Shown one piece after another: positions 1-10,264 of a stretch of DNA of 64,000 nt. The stretch is from Octopus sinensis (Eukaryota). A program made the translations under genes and the position numbers. Each line of letters opens with the position of its first letter. The stretch's first letter is position 1. The stretch is taken from positions 91,450,001-91,514,000 of the forward strand of contig NC_043003.1 in NCBI RefSeq assembly GCF_006345805.1, read 5' to 3'. The notes beneath the pieces are model-generated. The model was not told where the DNA came from. It did no database searches and saw nothing but the letters and a program-made list of their open reading frames with translations.

Positions 1-979
1 ACCATCCGATCATGGCCGTTCGCCAGCCTCATCTGGCACCTGTGTCGGTGGCACATAAAAACACCATCCGAAGACCCGGCAAGACTAGTCAGTCCACCTG
101 TGCATACCTTCCTTCTTGTGACACTTGTGAAGACCGGTTGAGGCAAGTGAAAATCAAAATCAAATCAAATCAAAATAGACAAAATAGATGAACATCAATG
201 GAATTTGTATCTTGTGGTACCAGTGCCTGTGGCACACAAGAAATCCATCAGTGCTGTAGTCAGTGCGGTGGGCACATGACAAACACCATCCGATCGTGGC
301 CGTTCGCCAGCCTCATCTAGCACCTGTGTCGGTGGCACATAAAAACACCATCCGAAGACCCGGCAAGACTAGTCAGGCCATAACCCATGGCCCCTACCTG
401 GGACGTAGTCAGTCCACCTGTGCATACCTTCCTTCTTGTGACACTTGTGAAGACCTGTTGAGGCAAGTGAAAATCGAAACAAATCAAAATAGATGAACAT
501 CAATGGAATTTGTATCTTTGTGGTACCAGTGCCAGTGGCACGTGGCACACAAGAAAACCATCCGAACGTGGCCGTAGCCAGTACCGCATCGACTGGCCTC
601 CGTGCTGTGGGCACGTAACAAGCACCATCCGATCGTGGCCGTTTGCCAGCCTCATCTGGCACCTGTGTCGGTGGCACATAAAAACACCATCCGAGCGTGG
701 CCGTCTGCCAGCCTCGTCTGGCACCTGTGTCGGTGGCACATAAAAACACCATCCGAGCGTGGCCGTTTGCCAGCCTCGTCTGGCACCTGTGTCGGTGGCA
801 CATAAAATCACCCACTACACTCTCGGAGTGGTTGGCGTTAGGAAGGGCATCCAGCTGTAGAAACACTGCCAGATCTGACTGGACTGGTGCAGCTTTCGGG
901 CTCCCCAGACCCCAGTTGAACCGTCCAACCCATGCTAGCATGGAAAGTGGACGTTAAATGATGATGATGATGATGATGA
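1..979 (+). mobile_element. 3' UTR/3' end of an RTE-type LINE with internal duplications (about 280-bp duplicated block; three 62-bp tandem modules at about 623-808) and (ATG)n tail
   Basis: Same modules (ggcacataaaa..caccatccga..gtggccg; cccactacactc..ggagtggttggcgttaggaagggcatccagctgtagaaa..cccatgctagcatgga..gttaaa-tgatgatgat) as the 3' UTR of the RTE ORF at 6004-8092. Confidence 0.85.
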
Positions 980-1414
980 TATATATATATATATATATAT
1001 AGATACATATACACGTGTGTGTATAAAATGCAAATTAGTAGGTCCAGTTCTCTGAAACTACTTTTGTGTGTTATATTTGATTCCTCTTACATCCACCTCT
1101 TCTCTCAGCACATTTGTATTCTGTCATTCAGACCCATGAACATGACACATCTAGCAGAGTAGGCTCACTCCATTTATTTAAGGCTGTCACACACACACAC
1201 ATCTATCCTGGCTTTTCTGATTTACCAAAATAAAAAAAATGAATAAAAAGAAAATGCTTCAGAATAGTAACTCATGCACCTCTTATAACATAATTTATTT
1301 GTTTTGTTTTTTTTCATAACAGTCTTCAGATTTTTATCTTTTGAACTTAGGGGGTTTGGATTGTGAAAAATATATTTTATAAAATTTCATATTTTTAATC
1401 TCCTTTCCTCATTG

Positions 1415-1625
1415 GGAGGTATGTGGCCTAGTGATAGGTGTTGCACACATGATCATTAAGATCATGGTTTCAATTCCCAGACCAGATTGTGCATTGCTAC
1501 TTGAGCAAAACACTCCATTTCATAATGCTCCAGTGCACTCAGCTGTAAACCAGCAATAGCTGTGAAGTTAACCTTGCAACAGACTGGCATCCCATCCAGG
1601 TGGGAAAGCGTTGTGAACTCAGTCC
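1415..1625 (+). mobile_element. Degenerate tRNA-derived SINE (family C)
   Basis: tRNA-like head ggaggtatgtggcctagtgatagg...ggtttcaattccc with A/B-box-like motifs; similar to 8822-8940 and to minus copies at about 31960-32240 and 48560-48865. Confidence 0.6.
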
Positions 1626-1734
1626 TTTATATAATGTGGAAAGCAGGTTGAGTTCCAGCCTTATGAATCCTAGGGCTTACGACTGACCTAAGACCCTCAT
1701 TTACTGGCAATATATATAATGCTTGCAAACATGC

Positions 1735-2106
1735 ATGGCCTGGTTGTGTGATAAAAAGGTTGCTTCCCAACCACATAGTTCTGGGTTCAGTCCCACTGTA
1801 TGGCACCTTGGGCAAGTGTCTTCTACTATTGTCTCAAGTTGACCAAAGCCTTGTGAGTGGATCTGGTAAACTGAAAGAAGCCTATCGAATATATTTGTGT
1901 GTGTGTGTGTTTGCCTCCCACCATCGCTTGACAACTGATGTTGGTGTCTTTACATCCATGTAACTTAGCAGTTCTGCAAAAGAGACTAATAGAATAAGCA
2001 CTAGGCTTGAAGCGAATAAGTCCTGGGATTGATTTCTTCAACTAAAAAACCCTTTAAGGCAGTGCTCCAGCATGATCACAGTCAAATGACTGGAACAAGT
2101 AAAAGA
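1735..2106 (+). mobile_element. tRNA-derived SINE (family A)
   Basis: Collinear with the better-preserved copy at 22134-22536 (ggttcagtcccactg..ggcaccttgggcaagtgtcttct..gccttgtgagtggat..gaataag..cagtcaaatgactg.aacaagtaaaaga). Confidence 0.8.
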
Positions 2107-2375
2107 CTACACACCCATACACACAATATACACATCATCATCATCATCATCATAATTATCATTTAATGCTTGTTTTCATGCTGGCATGGGTTAGACAGTT
2201 TGACCACAACTGGCAAGCAAGAGGACTGCCAAGCTCTATTGTCTGCTTTGTCGTGGTTGCCACAATTGGATGCCCTTCCTAATGCCAAATAAATATACAC
2301 ACATACATATTTATATATATGTATATTCTAGCTTGTTGTATTTTTCATACAGTCTATACTGTTATTCCATTGTAG

Positions 2376-2530
2376 GCGTTTGCCAGAAGCAGTAAGAGGT
2401 GGCCACTTCATTCTGACATGGTAAAGCAGTATGCCTTATGTATTGAAAACAGGCTTGAAAATCTTGGTCTCAAGAATGTTGAACTCTATTTTGATGTTTG
2501 GGTTTCTTTGACGCAACGTTTCCAACAACG
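2376..2530 (+). CDS. GGCX: Vitamin K-dependent gamma-glutamyl carboxylase, internal exon (AFARSSKRWPLHSDMVKQYALCIENRLENLGLKNVELYFDVWVSLTQRFQQR)
   Basis: ttgtag| acceptor and |gtaagt donor; 155 nt, phase 0 to 2; resembles vertebrate GGCX ..RRWKDHADMLKQYATC..IYFDIWVSINDRFQQR. Confidence 0.92.
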
Positions 2531-2625
2531 GTAAGTTGTGGTGGTCATTTGGGGTGTTGTTTGATAAGCCTGCATCAACTCATTCCTAAGAGAGAGAGAG
2601 AGAAGTTGGGGTGGGGAGAGAGATG

Positions 2626-2656
<31 letters not shown>

Positions 2657-2833
2657 AGGGCTTAGTAAAATAAATTACTTTGCCACATACTGAACTCATT
2701 AGAAATAGCAGCTAAAGAAATTTCTTCAGCTATTTCTAATACTTAAAGAAGATCTCTCTCAGATAGTGTTTGCCTAAACTAACTCACAAAAGTATGGGGG
2801 AAAAAACATTAAAAAATCAAGTGCAAAGGTTAT

Positions 2834-2885
2834 TGAGAACGTACGTTTCTAGATTAGTCAATTCGACATTTCTTTCTTCAGCTCA
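2834..2885 (-). ncRNA. Minimal type I hammerhead ribozyme motif, monomer 1
   Basis: Minus strand: tgag-CTGAAGA-aagaaat-gtc-gaatt-gac-taatcta-GAAA-c-gtac-GTT-ctca; stem I tgag/ctca, palindromic stem III, but A-A mismatch at the base of stem II. Confidence 0.7.
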
Positions 2886-3387
2886 GAATTCCTTGAATCG
2901 GATTTTGGAACACTTAAAGTCGGGAGCATACCCTTTCGGCTTCTAATCACCTATAGAATTCTGCTCGAACTAAAAGTGCTATCAAATTCGAATATGCAAG
3001 CGAAGAATTTCTGCTCTCCCCTTTCCACCAGCGTGGGTTAAAATTGACAAACACCAAGTATTAACAGTGAAAACCGCAGAATTTAGCTAAGAGAGATGAA
3101 TTATAATTTCAACAATTGAGGGTAAAATTAATTAATTATTAATCAGTTTCACCAAGTGTTCAGTATGTAAAGGGACCATTATAGGCGAATTCAAAATATT
3201 ACATTATATATAAGGCTTAGTAAAATAAATTACTTGCCACATACTGAACTCATTAGAAATAGCAGCTAAAGAAATTTCTTCAGCTATTTCTAATACTTAA
3301 AGAAGATCTCTCTCAGATAGTGTTTGCCTAAACTAACTCACAAAAGTATGGGGGAAAAAACATTAAAAAATCAAGTGCAAAGGTATT

Positions 3388-3439
3388 TGAGAACGTACGT
3401 TTCTAGATTAGTCAATTCGACATTTCTTTCTTCAGCTCA
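3388..3439 (-). ncRNA. Minimal type I hammerhead ribozyme motif, monomer 2
   Basis: Identical core to 2834-2885. Confidence 0.7.
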
Positions 3440-3940
3440 GAATTCCTTGAATCGGATTTTGGAACACTTAAAGTCGGGAGCATACCCTTTCGGCTTCTAA
3501 TCACCTATAGAATTCTGCTCGAACTAAAAGTGCTATCAAATTCAAATATGCAAGCGAAGAATTTCTGCTCTCCCCTTTCCACCAGCGTGGGTTAAAATTG
3601 ACAAACACCAAGTATTAACAGTGAAAACGCAGAATTTAGCTAAGAGAGATGAATTATAATTTCAACAATTGAGGGTAAAATTAATTAATTATTAATCAGT
3701 TTCACCAAGTGTTCAGTATGTAAAGGGACCATTATAGGCGAATTCAAAATATTACATTATATAAGGGCTTAGTAAAATAAATTACTTTGCCACATACTGA
3801 ACTCATTAGAAATAGCAGCTAAAGAAATTTCTTCAGCTATTTCTAATACTTAAAGAAGATCTCTCTCAGATAGTGTTTGCCTAAACTAACTCACAAAAGT
3901 ATGGGGGAAAAAACATTAAAAAATCAAGTGCAAGGTTATT

Positions 3941-3992
3941 TGAGAACGTACGTTTCTAGATTAGTCAATTCGACATTTCTTTCTTCAGCTCA
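3941..3992 (-). ncRNA. Minimal type I hammerhead ribozyme motif, monomer 3
   Basis: Identical core to 2834-2885. Confidence 0.7.
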
Positions 3993-4493
3993 GAATTCCT
4001 TGAATCGGATTTGGGAACACTTAAAGTCGGGAGCATACCCTTTCGGCTTCTAATCACCTATAGAATTCTGCTCGAACTAAAAGTGCTATCAAATTCGAAT
4101 ATGCAAGCGAAGAATTTCTGCTCTCCCCTTCCACCAGCGTGGGTTAAAATTGACAAACACCAAGTATTAACAGTGAAAACCGCAGAATTTAGCTAAGAGA
4201 GATGAATTATAATTCAACAATTGAGGGTAAAATTAATTAATTATTAATCAGTTCACCAAGTGTTCAGTATGTAAAGGGACCATTATAGGCGAATTCAAAA
4301 TATTACATTATATATAAGGGCTTAGTAAAATAAATTACTTTGCCACATACTGAACTCATTAGAAATAGCAGCTAAAGAAATTTCTTCAGCTATTTCTAAT
4401 ACTTAAAGAAGATCTCTCTCAGATAGTGTTTGCCTAAACTAACTCACAAAAGTATGGGGGAAAAAACATTAAAAAATCAAGTGCAAGGTTATT

Positions 4494-4545
4494 TGAGAAC
4501 GTACGTTTCTAGATTAGTCAATTCGACATTTCTTTCTTCAGCTCA
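4494..4545 (-). ncRNA. Minimal type I hammerhead ribozyme motif, monomer 4
   Basis: Identical core to 2834-2885. Confidence 0.7.
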
Positions 4546-4704
4546 GAATTCTTGAATCGGATTTGGGAACACTTAAAGTCGGGAGCATACCCTTTCGGCT
4601 TCTAATCACCTATAGAATTCTGCTCGAACTAAAAGTGCTATCAAATTCGAATATGCAAGCGAAGAATTTCTGCTCTCCCCTTTCCACCAGCGTGGGTTAG
4701 TGCT

Positions 4705-4958
4705 TTGCTATACTCAAGAAGACCCTTCTGCCACAGCAAACTAGTGCCATATAAAAACACTGGTGCTGGTGCCACATTAAAAGCATGCTGTACACTGTGG
4801 AGTGGTTGGCATTAGGAAGGGCATCCAGCTGTAGAAACCATGCCAGAACAGACAATGGAGCTTGGCGTGACCCCCAACCTTACCAGCTTTGATCAAACCA
4901 GCCAACCCATTCTAGTATGGAAAAATAGAAAACAGGTGTTAAATTATGTTGATGATAT
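4705..4958 (+). mobile_element. RTE 3'-end-derived short element
   Basis: ggagtggttggcattaggaagggcatccagctgtagaaacc..aacccattctagtatggaaaa..gatgat tail. Confidence 0.7.
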
Positions 4959-4971
4959 ATATATATATATA

Positions 4972-5966
4972 TGGTTATCAGTAACAATAAAGGGTGAAAT
5001 TAATTAATTTGGAATAATTATCAATTACACCAAGTAGATTTCGGCATGTAAAAGCCTCATTCGAGGAAAATTTAAGTAATACTAAGCAATTAAGGGTTTA
5101 GCAACGAATTGCCTTACCACATACCGAATTTAGAAATAGCAGTCAAAGAGATATAGCTATTTCTTCTACTAAAAGGGAGATCTCAGTAAAAACACAGCAC
5201 TTGAAAGGCAAACACAGACAGGTAAGAAAGAATGAAATGACGGCAATCTATCATACAATTTTAAGTTACCTACGGACGTACGTTTTCTCACTTTTAGTAG
5301 AAGAAATAGGTATATCTCTTTGACTGCTATTTCTAAATTCGGTATGTGGTACGGCAATTCGTTGCTAAACCCTTAATTGCTTAGTATTACTTAAATTTTC
5401 CTCGAATGAGGCTTTTACATGCCGAAATCTACTTGGTGTAATTGATAATTATTCCAAATTAATTAATTTCACCCTTTATTGTTACTGATAACCATATTTT
5501 ATCCCAGTAAATGACCACAGCATCTTGTCTTGGCTGCACGCGGGTGGAAGGGGGCTGGTGACACAAACTTTCATTCAAACTTTGAATTTCGTGGTACTGG
5601 TAATGCTTTGGCTCGCTCTGACACTGAGTTGAGATAATGCCTTCTAGTATCTCAAAATTTAATATACAATTATTCATAATTGTAGTATCCTACGCCGATG
5701 AGAAAAGAAGTTTGGGTAAGGTAGAATTTTCTAATTCTTATGCTTTCCTAAAACTTGATTTCGAAACGTACGTCCGTAGGTAACTTAAAATTGTATGATA
5801 GATTGCCGTCATTTCATTCTTTCTTACCTGTCTGTGTTTGCCTTTCAAGTGCTGTGTTTTTACTGAGATCTCCCTTTTAGTAGAAGAAATAGCTATATCT
5901 CTTTGACTGCTATTTCTAAATTCGGTATGTGGTAAGGCAATTCGTTGCTAAACCCTTAATTGCTTA

Positions 5967-5968
<2 letters not shown>
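4972..5968 (+). mobile_element. Second hammerhead-bearing element: 1.16 head-to-tail copies of a 583-bp monomer (5291-5968) plus an inverted partial copy (4972-5287), flanked by (TA)n
   Basis: cttttagtagaagaaatag recurs at 5291 and 5874; about 4972-5175 is the reverse complement of about 5291-5495, and about 5085-5285 is the reverse complement of about 5765-5968; collinear similarity to the 553-bp monomer. Confidence 0.9.
5689..5780 (+). ncRNA. Type I hammerhead ribozyme motif with long stem II; predicted cleavage after GUC at 5774
   Basis: cctacg-CCGATGA-gaaa ag aagttt...aaactt ga tttc-GAAA-c-gtac-GTC-cgtagg; 6-bp stem I (cctacg/cgtagg), paired stem II, palindromic stem III; U4 replaced by C. 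Confidence 0.78.

Positions 5969-6004
<36 letters not shown>
5967..6004. repeat. (TA)n microsatellite between the hammerhead element and the RTE
   Basis: Direct reading. Confidence 0.95.
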
Positions 6005-6006
<2 letters not shown>

Positions 6007-8092
6007 GGCGGTGTCGGCTATAACCTAGTCACCCGTATAGTCAACCAGGTGATACACGAAGGAGTCATACCCAATGATTGGTGTAGCAGCATACTAGTCA
6101 ACTGCTACAAAGGTAAAGGTGATGCCCTAGATACAAATAATTACAGAGGTATCAAGCTGTTGGATCAAGTAATGAAGGTTACAGAGAGGGTCATAGCCCA
6201 ACTAATTAGAGAGAGAGTTAGTTTAGATGAGATGCAGTTTGGGTTCGTGCCAGGGAAAAGTACCACTGATGCTATATTTCTGGTAAGGCTGCTGCAGAAG
6301 AAATACCTAGCCAAAGATAAGCCCCTGTACCTGGCTTTTGTTGACATGGAGAAAGCTTTTGACAGGGTCCCCCGATCCCTTATCTGGTGGTCAATGAGGA
6401 AATTAGGGATAGATGAATGGCTGGTGAGGACTGTGCAAGCCATGTACAGAGATGCCATAAGTAAGGTTAGGGTTGGCAACATGTACACAGAAGAATTCAA
6501 AGTAGAGGTTGGGGTCCACCAGGGTTCAGTACTCAGTCCCTCCTATTTATCATAGTCCTCCAGGCAATTACGGAGGAATTCAAGACAGGTTGTCCCTGGG
6601 AGCTCCTCTACGCTGACGACCTTGCTCTTATTGCTGAGTCACTATCAGAGCTGGAGGAGAAGTTCCAGGTGTGGAAGGAGGGTTTAGAATCAAGGGGCCT
6701 TAGAGTCAACCTAGCTAAAACCAAAGTACTAATAAGTAGGAAGGTAGACAATCCACAAATGTCTTCAGGAAGATGGCCCTGCTCGATCTGTAGAAAAGGT
6801 GTAGGTAGAAACTCTATAAGATGTACCCAGTGTAAGCTATGGACACATAAGAGGTGCAGCAATGTCAAAGGTAGGCTAACTGGGAAGATAGTTTTTGTAT
6901 GTGGCAGATGCTCAGGAGCATTAACCACCGAAAATCTGCAGAAAATAACTTCCGTCACTTTCCAAGGGGAAAAACTAGAAGTAGTTGATAGCTTCCGTTA
7001 TCTAGGTGACCAAGTCAGTAGTGGGGGTGGGTGCGCTGAAAGTGTAACTGCTAGAATAAGAATAGCCTGGGCAAAGTTTAGGGAGCTCTTACCTCTGCTG
7101 GTGACTAAAGGCCTCTCGCTCAGAGTAAAAGGCAGACTGTATGATGCGTGTGTACGAACAGCCATGCTACATGGCAGTGAAACATGGGCCGTGACTGCCG
7201 AGGACATGCGTAAGCTCGTGAGGAATGAAGCCAGTATGCTCCGATGGATGTGTAATGTCAGTGTACATACTCGACAGAGCGTTAGCACCTTGAGAGAAAT
7301 GTTGTACCTAAGAGGCATCAGTTGTGGTGTGCAAGAGAGACGATTGCGCTGGTATGGTCATGTGGCGAGAATGGATGAAGATAGGTGTGTGAGAAAGTGC
7401 CAATCCTTAGCAGTTGAGGGAACCCGTGGAAGAGGTAGACCCAGGAAAACCTGGGATGAGGTGGTGAAGCACGACCTTCGAACTTTAGGCCTCACTGAGG
7501 AAATGACCAGCGACCGAGACCTTTGGAAATATTCTGTACGTGAGAAGACCAGGCAGGACAAGTGAGCCCAGCCCAATTATGAATGCCTTTCCTCCCTTGG
7601 ACACAAAGACCTGTTGAGGCAAGCGAAGTCGATATAGAACCTCATCCGACGACAGGCACCCCTGCCAACCCCCTTTGCTTGCGAAGACATGTTGGGGCAA
7701 GCGAAATCGAAATCGAATTGAACCAGCCAGGATCCCTGGTCTGGTGGTACGTAAAAAGCACTATCCGACTCGTGGCATAAAAAGCACTATCCGACTCGTG
7801 GCCGATGCCAGCTCCGCCTCGTCTGGCTTCCGTGCCGGTGGCACATAAAATACACCAATCCGACCGTGTCCGTTGCCAGCCTCGCCTGGCACCTGTGCAG
7901 GTGGCACGTAAAAAGCACCCACTACACTCACGGAGTGGTTGGCGTTAGGAAGGGCATCCAGCTGTAGAAACACTGCCAGATAAGACTGGAGCCTGGTGCA
8001 GCCTTCTGGCTTCCCAGATCCCCGGTCGAACTGTCCAACCCATGCTAGCATGGACAACGGACGTTAAACGATGATGATGATGATGATGATGA
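6005..8092 (+). mobile_element. 5'-truncated young RTE-clade LINE (RT domain with one frameshift near 6540, 3' UTR, (GAT)n tail)
   Basis: ORFs 6049-6555 and 6669-7565: KGKGD..NYRGIKLL, QFGF.PGKSTTDAIF, AFVDMEKAFDRV, GVHQGSVLSP, LLYADDL, RLRWYGHVARM, RGRPRKTW; one C missing in a C-run joins the frames. Confidence 0.95.
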
Positions 8093-8134
8093 TATATATA
8101 TACACACACACACACGTATACATATATATAGCTC

Positions 8135-8360
8135 ATCATCATCATCATTTAACAGTCTTCTTCCATACTGCCATAAGTTTGCCTGCTCAGTTTGACAAAG
8201 GATCTGCTGTGTCCAAGGACTGCATCAAGCTCCAATCTTTACTTCGGCATACTTTTTATGATTGGATGCTCATCTTAATGCCAACCACTTTACAGTTTGG
8301 ACTTAGTGCTCTTCTCATCTCACCTGCACTATTGAAGTCACCATGCAGTTTGCAGGACTA
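8135..8360 (-). mobile_element. RTE 3'-end-derived short element, tail-to-tail with the upstream RTE
   Basis: catcatcatcatttaac..ccatactgccat..ggatgc..ctaatgccaaccactt, reverse complement of the RTE 3' end. Confidence 0.65.
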
Positions 8361-8821
8361 GTAGCCTTGGGAGAGGTGGACAGGGGGTTCAGCTTCATGT
8401 CATAGAATGAGGGGATTACTATGAAAGAGGGAAGCAGGATCCTCAGAGGCACCTGCATGATTGCTCACATCTAGTAGGAGTGAAGTGGGAGAGAGAAAAG
8501 AGAAAATGATCAGTTGGAGCTACAAGACAGATAATGGCAATAAGGTGCTCAGGTGGCTGCACAAGGCACAAGCTGAGTAGAAGTGAGTGATTGATTTGTA
8601 AGATTATGTAGCAAAGTGAATGAAGGGTGTGGAGGCAGACTGCCAAAACATGTATCTATGCAATAATTCTGCTTGTTCGTTCTTTCACATGTTACGCTTT
8701 AGTTTGTTTGAGAGAAGGGGTGGTGGAGTGAGACTGATAGAGGGAGAGGGAGAAAGAGTGGAAGTGTGAGAGTGACTGAGACGGAGGGGAAGTAAGTGAG
8801 AGAGCAGATAGTCACTGTCAC

Positions 8822-9075
8822 AGTGGAGGCACATAGCCTAGTGGTTAAAGCCGCGGACTCGTGGTCAAGGGATCGCGGGTTTGAATCTCAGACCAGGCGA
8901 TGTGTGTGTTTATGAGTGAAACACCTAAGCTCCACATGAAAAAAAGGTGGCAAGCTGGCAGAAACGTTAGCATGCCGGGCGAAATGCTTAGTGGCATTTC
9001 GTCTGCCGTTACGTTCTGAGTTCAAATCCCACTGAGGTCCACTTTGCCTTTCATCCTTTCGGGGTCGATAAATTC
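8822..9075 (+). mobile_element. tRNA-headed SINE (family C head, 8822-8940) followed by a family B SINE (8945-9075)
   Basis: tagcctagtggttaa..gggtttgaatc A/B-box-like motifs; then gcaagctggcagaaacgttagc..ttctgagttcaaat..ctttgcctttcatcctttcggggtcgataaa. Confidence 0.7.
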
Positions 9076-9177
9076 TTTCTTTTTCTAGTTCCTCTTAATT
9101 TTTTTCATTCTGTGGAATTTCCATGGATCCTGCTAGTAGATTATATATATATATTCTTATTTTTTTACCTTGATCAG

Positions 9178-9356
9178 GTTATTTGACCCAAATACTGATA
9201 TAATCAAAGCAGATTGGCACCCATTCAAAGATACTCCTTGGATATTACCATTACAAAACCAACTTGCCAACTGGCGAAATACCATGGACAAAATTACCAG
9301 AGAAGTCCATGAGAATAATTCATTGGAAGATGTAACATTTATTCTTGATTTCCCAG
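9178..9356 (+). CDS. GGCX: GGCX exon (LFDPNTDIIKADWHPFKDTPWILPLQNQLANWRNTMDKITREVHENNSLEDVTFILDFPG)
   Basis: tcag| and |gtaagt; 179 nt, phase 2 to 1; resembles human [35 protein letters not shown]. Confidence 0.95.
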
Positions 9357-10264
9357 GTAAGTTAATTAGTTAATTATATATTGTAATTAAGATACTTTCT
9401 AATTACAATATCTTAGATATAAATAAAGCAATGCTTTTTTTGCATAAGACTATATTAAGAATAACTGCTAAGATTTTAATATAAATGTCAAGATACAACA
9501 GTAATGTTTGTATTCTCTCATTTACATTGAAAACTGAGCAGTTAACTCATACTTTGATTTATGGGACTATTTCCTCTCACAAATATCCAATCAATGTAAG
9601 CTACCTTGCAATCTTTTACCTTTTACTTGTTTCAGTCATTGACTCCAGTACTTTTTTTTTAAAACGTGGTACTTATTCTGTTGATTTCTTTTGCCAAAAC
9701 ACAAAGTTATGGGGATATACCATAAAAACCCATGTAAATTGTGTACCTGTGTAATTTATGCAGGTGATTTTCAGGATAAAAATTTTAGAAAAAGCTTCTA
9801 CTCATGTAAAATTCATGCCCAAAAGTTTTCAGAATTGCTAATATGGCCAGGGGTAAAAGGTTTTCAATTTAGTTGTATTTAGCATAATTTCACTTATGAT
9901 TAGATTTTTATTAAATTTTCATTAAATAAAAATAATTTCTGTTTAACAAGTATCACATCAAATATTTTCCCCTTTAAAGAAAAAAAATCAAGTACCCATG
10001 ATTCAAAAATATCTCATAAAAATATAAGAATTTCTATCTTTCAAGTCCATAACACTCCAAAAGTTGTTTAAATGATGAAGAGAAGAAAAAAGAAAGTTAG
10101 AGAAAAAAGATGGATGACGGTAGCTTTGACGACTCTTTGAAGTGTCCATATTTCCAACTTGATTTTTTTTTTCTTAAAGGGGGAAATGACTATTTTATTT
10201 GTAGTCTTTATCATCTTCACCAAATGGCAGAAAAACAAACTTTGAGTTTTAGTATAATTTAGAT

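Larger units (their letters stand above)
2651..4699 (-). repeat. Tandem array of about 553-554-bp non-coding monomers (3.7 copies), each with a hammerhead-ribozyme motif; retrozyme-like/Penelope-derived
   Basis: The same anchor recurs at 2834, 3388, 3941 and 4494; copies differ almost only by single homopolymer indels; the array starts immediately after (TA)n. Confidence 0.95.

Noticed and set aside
623-808. 62-bp tandem repeats that superficially resemble a CRISPR array
   Set aside because: Units are contiguous with no unique spacers, belong to the RTE 3' UTR, and there are no cas genes; the DNA is eukaryotic
4011-4196. 61-aa ORF in the tandem monomer
   Set aside because: It starts at a TTG created by a homopolymer indel in one copy, has no recognisable domain, and lies opposite the ribozyme strand
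8822-8905. tRNA-like heads (also at 1415 and 22134) as tRNA genes
   Set aside because: They continue into SINE bodies and lack a complete cloverleaf
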